Shown: piece after piece, positions 38,900 to 50,760 of the stretch
Layout: every line of letters starts with the position of its first letter
How positions within the stretch are numbered: the stretch's first letter is position 1
From: Camelus ferus
Lineage: Eukaryota
Assembly (NCBI RefSeq): GCF_009834535.1
Contig: NC_045697.1
Coordinates: 14,448,001 to 14,512,000 of the forward strand
DNA: 64,000 nucleotides
Reading direction: 5' to 3'
Notes under the pieces: model-generated
What the model was told of the DNA's origin: nothing
Databases searched by the model: none
What the model saw: the letters and a program-made list of their open reading frames with translations, nothing else
Made by a program: the position numbers and the translations under genes

Positions 38900-39500
38900 A
38901 CTTTCCTGTTCCAGAATTAGATCTTATTTATTCGCAATATTGCCACGTTAATGATTCAACCTGGACTTATCCAGAAACAGGTCATAAGTGAAAGAGAGTT
39001 TGAGTCCATGTAATATTGGAAGGCTGAAAAGCCCAGGGAAGCAAAATTCAGTAAGTATTGACCAAGGTCCTTCATTTCTAGTTTGCTTTGACAATAACCT
39101 TTATTTTTCAATTAATTAAGCCAGCGTTTCCCGGACTCAAATAACAGGCTAGACTTGGCAGAGCCCAGAGCTTGGCTGTCACCTCTGCTCCTCTTGTCCA
39201 CGCTGGCTCTGAGTGGGCTCTTCCATCCTGGAGTGCGAGATGCCACCCACCCCACCTGGCTGGAGGGAGAATTTTTACCAGGCTTCCCCAGCATGGCGTC
39301 TACCAGGAAAAGAACTACAGTCCCAGAAAAGCAGCCTTTCTGCCTCGTGCAGCTTTGCCGAAACGCACAATGAGGGATGTGGCTCTGGCAGATAGGCCTG
39401 GGGGCGTCCCCCAAGACGAAGTGGGGGCATATGATTTGAGTGTAAACAGGAAAACCCTTTTGTCTTCTTCTTAATAACATCAGCACCGCTGCCATTTGAA
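38900..39500. promoter_or_regulatory. Candidate enhancer/promoter-like element
   Basis: C/EBP-like attcgcaat at 38930, HNF1-like gttaatgattcaac at 38947, ZNF143/SBS-like actacagtcccagaaaagc at 39314, raised CpG. Confidence 0.35.
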
Positions 39501-40923
39501 ATCCCATCACTGGAGATGACTCACTTTTTTGTTTTGTTTTGTTTTTAGCAATGATCATATTCCTGAGAATGGTAATCTTTAAAGTATCAATACCTTCGTA
39601 TCAGCTTGTCTCTGAGATCCCTTTTCTGACAGGCAGGAAGTTCCGGGCTTTATGGAACACACCCCAGGCTGTGTGTAAGGCCCTTTAACTGCATCATCTC
39701 TTTGACTCTCTGTCACACCTCTGCATGGTAAGAGCTGAAGGGCAGAGGGGGACAGTATCTCCCCACGGGTCACCCAGTTGGCAGATGGCAGTGATGCTTT
39801 GAGCACATCTTCATATAAATGTGGCCCCCTCCTTTTTTTTCCCTATTACTCTTCACAGCTGTCTCAAATAAGGAGAGTATGATAATTATGATTTCTCGGA
39901 AGAGAGGGCGAGGATGAGATAGATTTAGGCCACTTTGAAAGTAATCTTTTGGAAATCCTGAAGTGACCCATCCCAATGTCTTTTGTAGCACCCAGACGTC
40001 CCAAAGAAAGTATGATTGCTCTTGTTAAAAAAAAGAACCAACCCCCCTACATGTTACTCTGACAGACTGTGTGGTAGGACTGGCCGTGGGGTCTTCCCAT
40101 CGGGCTTTCTGCCCACGTATTTCACTAACAGAGTGAAGCAGATTTCAACCACCACCAATTGAAGTACTGATTCTTCCTCCACTGGGGAAGGAGATTTCTA
40201 GGGAAATACCTTCTTTATCTGGAAGGTCCGTAGCCATTAGCTGGTGTGACTCCCTATTATCTTAGCTCCCTGTCTTCCTACCTTTTGCCTTTTCTCTTGT
40301 TTTTGAGCTATGATGCTGAGGAGAAAGTGAAAAGCTTGCCCAAAGTTTCATTTGATTCCTTTCCCGTGGATGTCTTATTTTGCCCATATTTCCTGGCTAG
40401 AATGAATAAGCCTGAGCTGATTTGAATCTGCATGGCTGTTCTTTGACACTGGAAAACATTCCACTCATAGCCATTCTGCAATCAAGATCCCCAGTCCATT
40501 GAGGAGAGATCTAACTGTATTTTCAGTGGCAATTTAACTCCAAGTTGATGCAATCAATACTCTGTACAAGCGAGTGTGATGCCATTAGAAGCTTTTCCCC
40601 TTTGTAAGTTCACAGATTTAGCTTCTCTAAGCAGTGGAGAGGCATGTGAGGTGGAAGCCAATGAGGTTATAGCCCCTGAATCAAATAGTGCGGTTATTAA
40701 TGCAATCATAGCCTTCTGCTCCAGAGCGCTTACAAAACCGCCCGACTTCCCCAGACCGACTGGATGCCAGAAGGCCCACGGAGAAAACTAGCATCAAACG
40801 CAAGATGCACAGCATCGCTGCCGCACTCTCTGCTGTGTTTGCTCTACTTCCTTTCTGTTCTTCACTTCAAAGTACTCACACTCCTTTATGGAATATGGTT
40901 CTACAGTGATATGGGGCTCTGTT

Positions 40924-41303
40924 TGCTATGGATTGAATATTTGTGTCCTCTAAAACTTACACATTGAAGCCCTCTAACCCCCAGTGTGTATTTGGAGATG
41001 GAGCCTTAAAGGAAGTAATTAAGGTTCAGTGAGCTCGTAAGGATGGGGCCCTGATCTGATAGGGTTAGTGTCCTTATAAGAAGAGGCAGCAGAAAGCACT
41101 CTCCCTCTTTTCGCCTTGTGTACACAGAGGATGCAGTGAGAAGGCAGCCATCTATGTGCCATAAAGAGATCCCTCACCAGAACTCGACCACACTGGCACT
41201 CTGATGTTGGACTTCAGCCTCCAGAGCTGTAAGAAAATAAATGTCTGTTGTTGAAGCAACCCAGTGTGTGGTTTTGTTATAGTAACCTGAGCTGACTGAT
41301 ACA
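40924..41303 (+). mobile_element. MaLR solo LTR (MLT1A0-like)
   Basis: tgctatggattgaatatttgtgtcc...tatttggagatgg...gtgtccttataagaagagg...aaaataaatgtctgttg...gactgataca; TG...CA ends. Confidence 0.92.
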
Positions 41304-42579
41304 CAGTTGATCTGGGAAATTCTAAATATCTGAATCAATTTGGTAGAAGTGTTAGATGAATGATTCCAAAATCTTGGCAAAGGTGATTAGAATTAATATT
41401 TCATTAATATTGAGGAGAGAACTTTGATTATCTAGAAATGATTAAGGATATGATTTTTTTTTTTAAGTCTCAAATGAGAACTAGCAGCTTCTGGTCAAGC
41501 AGTTTCCTTCCAAACAGAAGACTAAATACTAACGCTCTCTTCTCTCTTTCCCACAAACTCACTCATACACCTTCTTGAAGAGGCATCACTTACCACTGTT
41601 TAAAGGTAATAAAGTTTCAATGTAATTGAAACCAGATTAACAACACATTCTATTCATCTGAGTGTTGGGCCTGCAATACTGTGTTTTACTGAGTTAATGA
41701 ATTTACTTTCCTGATGGAAGAAGCAAGAACACGGGAGGAGAAAAATCTGGGCTTACTTAAGTGGTTGAAGATAGGACAATGGACTTGGAAACTGAGCAAT
41801 CAAAAGTGTATACTCAGAAGGACCCAGGTTTCTTTCTTTCTTTCCTTCCTGTATTAAAATATAAATGAAATGTGTTAAAAAGCAAATTTGGCTCTCCTAC
41901 AGCAACAGTAATAAACACAAGCTTTGTTCACTGTTACATTCCTGTAGGTGATAGGTACGGTACCTGGCACAGAGTGCACATTTTATAAATAGGTGTAAAT
42001 GAATGATTATTAATGAACAATCTGGCTGTACTATAAACATACTTCTTAATAAGAAAAAAGGAAAAACATACGCTTTTATTATTTATCTATGACAAATTTC
42101 ACAGTAGAAGAGACTGAAATTATAAACTTAAGTGTTTCAGTCATAAGTTATTTCAAGGTGTTTTTTTTTTTCCCTCAAAATGACAGTGATTCACAAAGAA
42201 CAAAAAAAACAAAAACAAAGGGAGATTATGATTAAGCATTTTCATGGATTCAAGGAACAAAGTGCATTTACTTTTATTATTCAAATTTAGAACTACATCC
42301 TCATTGTCATCTCAAAACTCCTTTATACAGTGGCAGTGATGTCATTACTTAAGAATTCAATTATCACAATATAAAGTACTAAAGTTATTATTTATTCTTT
42401 CCTGGCCACCACCTTAAAAATATAGAATTTTACTATCTAGTAATAACAGCCTTGACAAGACGTAAATTCTGGTAAATTTAAGTAAATCAGAGCCCGTAAA
42501 TTCAACAGCTATAAGAAATCATATGACGTTCAGAAATACTGAGATTGTTTTCCCACTTAGAATTAATTTATAATAGAAG

Positions 42580-42760
42580 GCATATCTTTTGCTCTGTCCT
42601 AATAATTTTATATTAGATCAAAAAATTAATTACTCATTTAATATCACAGCAATCCTAAGGGATGAGGACCCTGAACTTGTGTAACTTGCCAAGGTTACAA
42701 AGTTGTCAAATGATGAGGTATGGATTTGAATCTTTGTCTGTTTGACTCAACGGTCTTTCT
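42580..42760 (-). mobile_element. MIR SINE
   Basis: ctcatttaatatcacagcaatcct...taacttgccaaggttaca...ggatttgaatct. Confidence 0.7.
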
Positions 42761-44189
42761 TTTCAGCCAATGAAGCGTGAGTTACCTTCCTCCTGTTATC
42801 CACCCCCAGGGCTTCAGTGTCTCTCCTCAGGGATCCTCATAATGGCTTGTGCAGAACTTACTGCACTTCCCCCTTCTCTGTTTGACCCCTAATGACCAGA
42901 TGTGACGTTAGACCTCCATGTCACAGGAACTTCGCAAAGCATATAGAAAATAATAAACACATTATGTAACAATAAATATAATGTAATTGACAGAATGAAT
43001 GGGTGGTGTTAATGAGGATCCAGCTCTAATAACCACATCCACACATGCTCAATCCAATCTTATCAGTGAACCCCCAAATCTGGTCTTCTTCATGAAGAGT
43101 CATCAAAAGAGAGTAAGTCATTATGTCACCAAAAATGGGTCAGCCCAGATTCTTTTTCTCCTGGAAGTGTGATTTAGTCTTCGCTTTGTATAGAGTGGGT
43201 CATGCAGGTCAGCAGGTAGAGTCACATGGAACATTTCCCTGTGTTTTTCTTAAGAAACAGACAACCTTTTGTGCAGGATTTAAGGAAAACATGCAGAAAT
43301 CATAACTCGACATCCCCATTTCAAAGGTCTATGCACATCCGTTCTACGTGATGTGTGTCTGCATACTCTCAGAGCAAAGCTATATTTATGAACAAATTTC
43401 AGCTCAAGTGAACACAAGTGCTCAAGATAAAAAATGGTAAAAAGAACATAAAAATCTGATAAGCTCCAAATAATAAACTGAGTCCACAGTCCATAAACAA
43501 GTCCACTGTCTAAGTTGCTCCAAATTGACTTAGGATTCTGTACACATGGACAAAACACACTCTTTCTCTAAAGGAGGCTCAGTGGGGAAGATCTCTTAAA
43601 AACTTGCATTTCACTAAGCCTGAGAGCATGACATATGATATTTTGTGCAAACCGAACACTGAATTAATGTTTTTTGATGGAATGATTGAGGTTTTAAAAC
43701 CAATAGATAGTAATTTAATGTATATTCAAGTACTGTGCAGGGTGTAGAGATGATTAAATCCTCAAATAATTTATAGTTTGCTTTTATTCCATATGGCATG
43801 ATCATCATGACAATGCAAAGAAGTCAATCAAGATAAAATTAAATAGTGATGACAGAAACATCGAGAGTACCACAGGCATTGTGGAGTAATTGGTCAACCA
43901 CGCTAGTCAAGCAGCAACCGACTTATGGGATGTATGTGGCATTCATAGGACTCTGACTGCCTCATGCCCATCCTTCTGGCAGACATCACTAATCAGCCAT
44001 CAGGCTTTATGCTGCTGGGCCAAGATGCAGCCCTCAAATCTTTCTCAGTTCTATGTCTTTGGCAGCCAATTAGCTAGAGTTGGCTGGTAAGATGAAATCT
44101 ATTTGTCACCCCTGTCTTACATTATTCCTCACATGATATGGTTTGGGTCCACTAATCCTATCGCTTACCACTTTCTTGGATTCTTGGCA

Positions 44190-44618
44190 GATGGTGTAGA
44201 TTGCCTCATTTAACATCAACTTCAAGCTCCTTCTGTAGAGTCAGTCACTCTTTGTTGCAGAGACAGGCAAGTTAAACAGTATCTTCTCCAGACTCCCTTG
44301 CAGCTAGAGATCTGTATTTCAGCTCCACTTGAATTAGGAACAGAGAGGAGAGATGCAGGGCTGGGGCAGAAACAGCATGGCTCTGTGATCACAGCTCCTG
44401 GATATGGGGTCCCTTGTTGCACTGGTCAGCTATGCTGACCATGGCAGAGGTGGGGTGAGTCTGGGAGCTGAGAGTTGTTTCTAGAAACTCCTCTTACAGC
44501 TTGCTCCTTGAGCCTTTCTAACTAGTTTGTAAGCCATGTAACACCGGGTACTAAAATCCTTTCTTCTTAAATCTGATACAATGTTCCTGTTGTCTGTAAT
44601 TGAACCCTAATTTTACTG
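44190..44618 (+). mobile_element. Ancient ERVL-class LTR (LTR33/LTR16-like)
   Basis: ccagactcccttgcagctaga...taaaatcctttcttcttaaa...ttcctgttgtctgtaattgaaccctaa. Confidence 0.55.
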
Positions 44619-46129
44619 CCTTTGTCCCTTAAAATAGCTTTTAATGTGAAGTCCGCCCAAAACCAGGAACAGGTTTCTACTTCCCCCTTATCTAGAAAAT
44701 AGATTTTTTTTGAACAGATACTAGTATAATGATAAGCATTGAAAGACTTCAGCCACCAGATCTTCAGCTAAGAGTCTGCCTTTGCACAGTTCCCTCCATC
44801 CCTCTGAGCCCCAGGTCCCTCATCTGTAAAATGAGGGAAATGCCAGGCCACTTCCATCTCTAACAATCTTTACACTTGGGGAAATGATTTTCCACCACGT
44901 CTCTTTAAATAGCTAGTCATCCAAGAAATTTTAAAAAATCTGCTTAGCATCTACTCTGCAGCTTTCTTTTTGCATAAAGTGAAATCATATGTATATATAT
45001 TTTTGAGTAAATATATTGATCACTTGAGAGAGAGAGAGGTGACTTGAAGCTACTTCTGAGATAGGCACCTCATGGCTTAAGGAAATTTTAGGGTTCCTAA
45101 TTTCCTTTTACAAGTACAGAAACTGAGGACCATTAAGGAGAGATTGCCTAAATTCATACATCTATGAAAGGACACTCATTTCTTATTCTAAATACAGTTA
45201 CATCCTCCTTTCATTACTCCAATCTTACCAGAGAGAACAGAGGAAGAATATAGTACAAACTTGGGTGCTTACACTCTGAATGGAATGAAGGAGGTAAATT
45301 AATAAGGGTTTACATTTTTATTTCTCAGCAAAATTCCTTTCATACATGACCAGCTCCTGTGCCATGTTTCTTTGTCTTTTTGATACTTGTTCAGCTTCAG
45401 ACATCTAACGCTTCATTTCTGTACATGTCTACACATGTTTATACAGGTCTAAATTTAATGATAAACTTTTTGTTAAGGATCTGCTTTCACATCCTCAGTG
45501 AACCTTGAGGTGCCGTCTATTACACAGGAATTCAGTAAGTGTTGGCTATTATTTACTTAAACTACGTTTAAAAGCAAATAAACTTTTACCTCCATAAGGA
45601 GTCAAATGGATAAAAATTCAGAGTACTTTTCTTTTAAAGTTTGCTCTGACTTCATCATTATTGTTATGTGGTTATTGTTTTGTTATTTTTCCCCACCTCC
45701 TTGGAGGTGATGTTCAAAAATGTATATTCACTGTAGGAGAATAAAGTAACAGATTAAAATTGAGAGATGAGTCAAAAATATAAAGAAATGTATTATAATG
45801 CTTTTAGTCTAGTCATATGAATGGGTTTTAAATTTGACACTGAGCTTCCTAGCAGCAAAAACAAGAAGTAAACCATTGCACCTGTTAAAAAAACAGTGCC
45901 TGCTACATATAAATTTATATGGCACTTGAGAAGACAGTTTTTCCTAGAACTGAGTAGAATGAATGATATGGTGAAAAAAGCACTTAAGAGGAGTCAGAAT
46001 AACAGAAATAATTACTAACATTTGCATAGCACCTATAATATAAAAACCATTTTATATATATTAGCATTCACCTAAGCCGCACAATAATTCTGATGTATGT
46101 TTATGTTTATTAACAGTGTTTCAATTTTT

Positions 46130-46228
46130 AAAAGAAAGGAAGAGAAAGAGAAAGAAAGAAAGAAAGGGAGAGAGAGAGAGAAAGAAAGAGACAGCGACAG
46201 AGAGCGAGCAAGAATGAGAGTGAGAATG
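46130..46228. repeat. (GAAA)n/(GA)n polypurine microsatellite inside a MIR
   Basis: Directly visible; flanked by cacaataattctg and ctggattcaaagcccatgct. Confidence 0.9.
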
Positions 46229-48229
46229 AATTAGGTTTGTCTGGATTCAAAGCCCATGCTTTGCTGCTGGGCTGGTTGTCTTCTCACCAACCAACTACAT
46301 GACCCAGAGCAGGTTTTGTACACTCTTGCCCATGACCTTCAGTGCCCTTGATCTTCAAATATGGAATAATGATCCATGCCTTTCCTGCCATAAAGGGTTT
46401 TGGAGACATAATGAGATGTATATGGAAGCCCTTTGGGGTATGATTGTAGTCATTGAAAATCCACTACTTACCCTGTATATCAATAATATTAATAACTATA
46501 ATTAAATCACCAAACAGGATATAGAATTATCTAAAAGTAATGGTGGGATTTGCATATGGCCTAGGAGATATTGCTGGCTATTCTCAAATTCTCATGGTAT
46601 TCTCTGATTTCTGGCTTCAAATCATTTCAGGGTGTAGCCTGCACAGGATGAAAGAAGGGAGGCCGGTGTTTGCCAGAGATTATCTTAAGAGAATGCTTGC
46701 ACAATGTGTCTCAGTTTTATCTTCTGAGAAAACTAGGATTCTTAATCCCTGAGCCAGGCAAGAATTACATTTGTACATTTCATCAGCCTATCACAAATTG
46801 CTACTCTCTGGGCCTCCGGTTTCCTTAGTAACTAACCTTTCTCAGCAGGCGTTTAAGGGAAGTGTCCTAATGGATGTGTTGTAGGAAGGGTCCATGTGGC
46901 ATTTACCAGATTGAGGAGAGTCACTTTTACGGTCCAGAGGATATGGTAGGCGGGGTTCCTAATGGCCAGTGAACTTTTTCCCCAGAACACAGATCCAGTG
47001 TGACACCTGTGAAACCTACCACTGCACTCATTCCTGTGGAAAATAAGGTGCTTAATGGAGAAATGCATGGAAAAGGAAGATTTCTACTAAATTCAAAGGG
47101 CATTAGAGATCCCCTGCCCTTCTTAACAACTTGGCACTATTGAGTAAGCCAGGGAAGTTACAAGTTCCTCTGGAGGCAAGAATAAATGCAGACTGTTTTC
47201 GTATTACTCTATTAATAAAAACTGATGAAGGAGACACAGGCAGTGTGGTTTTCCTTTAAGCAGATTTCAGTGGCTGTATCAACTAAATTGAGAGAGAAAG
47301 GAAGACTTTGGACCGATCATTTCCTAAATGCCACTTACTTGCAGAAGTAAGCAGTGGTATCTTTCTTAGAGGTTTATTACAGGACCACTTCAATAGAGCT
47401 ATTTGGGAGCCAGGCATACCTCTAAAATAATGTAAGCTAAATTAGCCCAGTATCTGTGGCTGACAAGAAGCATCAGAGCACTCAGTCCTGCTCTATGTCT
47501 TTGACATCAAACAGGGTCTGGACGAGGTACGTTGATTTTCACCAGCATGACTATCAGCAGTTGCAGACACCTTCTTATTAGAGGAGGAAAGTGATGGACA
47601 AGCACAGCCTATGAAAAGATTAACATTGCTTGGGCACAGTGCTGGGGATCAATCCTTCACAGCTGTGGGATGCCAGGCAAAACTGAAATCCAACCACCAT
47701 GGAACATGTCAAAATCAGCAGGTCTACAGAAATCTCTAAATGATGACTTTGGCCAGAGGGAAAAGGTTCCATTTACTGCCTGCCGTAGGGAGTTTAACTG
47801 ATAGCACTGAAGAGGGAAGAAAGGTTTAAAATAAGATATTTTTCATGTACACTAAGGCCATTATTCAAGAACAGCATAAGAGGATAGTCACAAGAGCAAA
47901 TGGATGTCATGGTTCATATCTTGGCTTCTGACAATAGGTGGCCAAAGTAACTTCTGTAATTTTAAGTTAATTATCTTCAGCAGTATGTGTTCACTGTCTT
48001 CTGTTTTCACAATGGCTACCCTATAATGATATACACTTAGCATTTAACTTGTGGTTTTAGGCAGTGACTTATAGGCTTATATACAAATGGACATAGGTTA
48101 AGGTTTAGTTCTACAATGCTCAAATTGTATCTGCAAGAAAGAGTTTGGATGAGAATTGTTGAAAACCAGTATAAGCTAATTCATAAAGAAGACTGATTTA
48201 TTAAAGTTCTTCCTCTTTCTATCTTCAGT

Positions 48230-48640
48230 CTTTATCTTCCTCCTCCACCTGAAAAACTCCTAGTCATCCCTCAAAGCCCATGATGCTATCTCTCTTTGAA
48301 GCTTTCTCCAGCCCCAGTAAACAGTTTGTTGCTTTGTCTTTGTTTTTATCACACCACTTCCATCACACTTTATGATGTTTCTCTTTATGTATCTCTTCCC
48401 AAATTGAACTCTGAAAGGAAGGAAACTGTATCATTAATGGAATCAGTACATGGTTGTTAATGGGCTATTCAACCAGACAGCCTGTGCTCAAACACAGGTT
48501 CCACAGCTGTCCAACTTTGGGTATAATCCTTAAAAACATCTGTAAAGTGAGGAAAATAGGAATATCTACTCTGTTGTGTTATCGCAAGGATTAAATGTCT
48601 TGCTTAATGTCAGGCATATAGTACATTCATTGTGATTGTG
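48230..48640 (+). mobile_element. L2 fragment followed by MIR
   Basis: aactcctagtcatccctcaaagccca; catctgtaaagtgaggaaaatag...aggattaaatg. Confidence 0.6.
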
Positions 48641-49548
48641 CATAAAAAAGGAGAAGAAATTCCATAACAAATATCCACGTCTAAAGTGTTTACTTTTACT
48701 ATTGCAAGGTTCTTTGTCAGCTCTTCAAATAATTCTGATGAAATAAGTGCACATATAATGAAAGCATGTGTGCAGAGACTGAGCTTGAATGCTCCCTTAT
48801 TCCAAATCAGAGTTTCTTCAACGAGCTTCCACTTAATTTCCCTAAAATATTTTATAAGAAGTCAAGAGCATTTGTAAACACATTTATACCCTACAGAGTT
48901 CTAAAACAGAATTCAGGCAAGGAATAGTGGCTACAGTTGGCTAGGTTTGTATTAAATGACTTTCTTCAGAAACATTTTGACAAAATTAGGTACAGCCTGG
49001 GAAGCAATAAAGAATCTGTTCTTCTCATTCACTGAAAACTTCATTAGCTGACTCTCCTGTGTTCCGCTGGTCCTAGAGACACTAGGTACTGGTCTCTGTT
49101 CTGTCTCCTATGTACACCTGTTTGGTAGTGAATTTTTTACCCAGAAAAGATTTCATTATATGCACAGGGTGTGCGAACCCAGATATATGTGCAGGGAATG
49201 GGGACTCATGCAAAGCAACCCCCTCTTCCTGAGAAGGACCCCATCTAGCAGGGGCTACAACCCACTGAAAACTCTGACCGGAATGGATTTGTTCATTCAA
49301 CTAGGACTGAGCACTACAAAGTTCTGGCACTATTTTCAGGGCTAGGAATCCACTAGTGAACTACCCAGAAGTATAAACAACTAAACAGACCATAAGCAAA
49401 TTAAAGTCTATTAGAAAATAAAGACATACTTTGGGGACACATGAAACAGAAGAGGGGTCAGATGTCCTGGAAGAAATGGTAGGAGGCATGCAGTTTTAAA
49501 TGGCAAGATCAGGGAAGGTCCCATGGAGACTTCTGAGATTTTTGATCA

Positions 49549-49903
49549 CATGTGACTGAATGTTTGTAGTCCCCTAAATTTATAGGTTGAAACTGTAACC
49601 CCAACTTGATGGTATTTGCATATGGGCCTTTGGGAAGTAGTTAGGTCATGAGGGTGGAACCCTCATGAGTGGGGCTGGTGCACTTATAAGAAGAGGGCAG
49701 ACAGCTAGGCAGCTATTTTCCCACTATGAGAGGATACAATGAGAAGTCGTCAGTCTGCCACCAGGAAGAGGGTTCTTACCAGAAACTGACCATGCTGGTG
49801 CCCTAATCTCAGACTTCCAGCCTCCAGAACTATAAGAATAACATTTCTTGTTTCAGCCACCCAGCCTATGGTCATTTGTCATAGCAGCTAAAGGACCAAG
49901 ACA
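49549..49903 (+). mobile_element. MaLR solo LTR (MLT1A-like)
   Basis: gactgaatgtttgt..cccctaaatt...ttaggtcatgagggtggaaccctcatgagtggg...gacttccagcctccagaact...atagcagc..gaccaagaca. Confidence 0.92.
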
Positions 49904-50584
49904 ATGTTTATGAAACATATGTATCAAAGACTTTTTGTATTTCTGAAAACAGACTGCTCTTCTTTTGTTTAACTTATGTCATGGGAAAGAAATGTCCTTA
50001 AACATTGGCCTATGTAATAAATGTTGAGTATTGAGGAATATTTTTCATTGCTTTTCTACTCTATAAATAGCAATGTATTTCTCAGGCCAAAAAATATTAG
50101 GGCTCAAGAAAAAATAAAATAGAACTTAAGAATTCAGTAAAAATTGAGTTTATATTTACTAGCTTTTCAATGATAATTCCCAAGGCCAATCTAAAATTCA
50201 AGGGAACAAATTATTTTTACATTTGGGATCATTTAATAAGCAAAGGGAATGTTTAGAAAAATCTCTGATAGCTCAAATAAAGAAAATATTCCTAAACTAA
50301 AGAAGTATTCAACTTCATCAAGCCTCTGCCCCCGTGTTCCACCAGACTACACAAAATCCTCTTTGTGCATAAAGGCTCAATTTCTGAGAGTTTGAAAGAC
50401 ATTATGGTTTTGAGAAATAAATTCATCTCCAGTGAAAAATGAAAGAGTCCCAAAACTCATCAGAGACAACAATTCAAACTACTGCTGAAAATGAACGAAC
50501 AGTGTACATTGGGAACATACGCAGAGTTTTGTTTTGTTTTTTTAATGGAAATTGACTTCAGTAATTCAGATTTCCATTACTGTT

Positions 50585-50760
50585 ACATAAACTTAAATTG
50601 CCTTGTAATCACTTGGGTGCTTGTTAAAAAATGCAAAATGCTAGGTCCAGTCGCAAGATGTGAATGTGAAAATAGAACCAGGGAATCTGCATGAGAATCG
50701 AGCACCCCGGATATTCGGACCCTAGGGGTCCCCAGATGGAAAACAATGGTCCCTGGAACA
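50585..50760. mobile_element. MER5-like hAT-Charlie fragment
   Basis: aatcacttgggtgcttgttaaaaaatgcaaa...ccagggaatctgcat. Confidence 0.6.

Noticed and set aside
39112..39558. Four overlapping ORFs (60-148 aa)
   Set aside because: Explained by locally higher GC giving fewer stop codons; no recognisable protein.
49646..49668. Hairpin tcatgagggt-gga-accctcatga
   Set aside because: It lies inside the MLT1A-type LTR and, as I recall, is a standard consensus feature.
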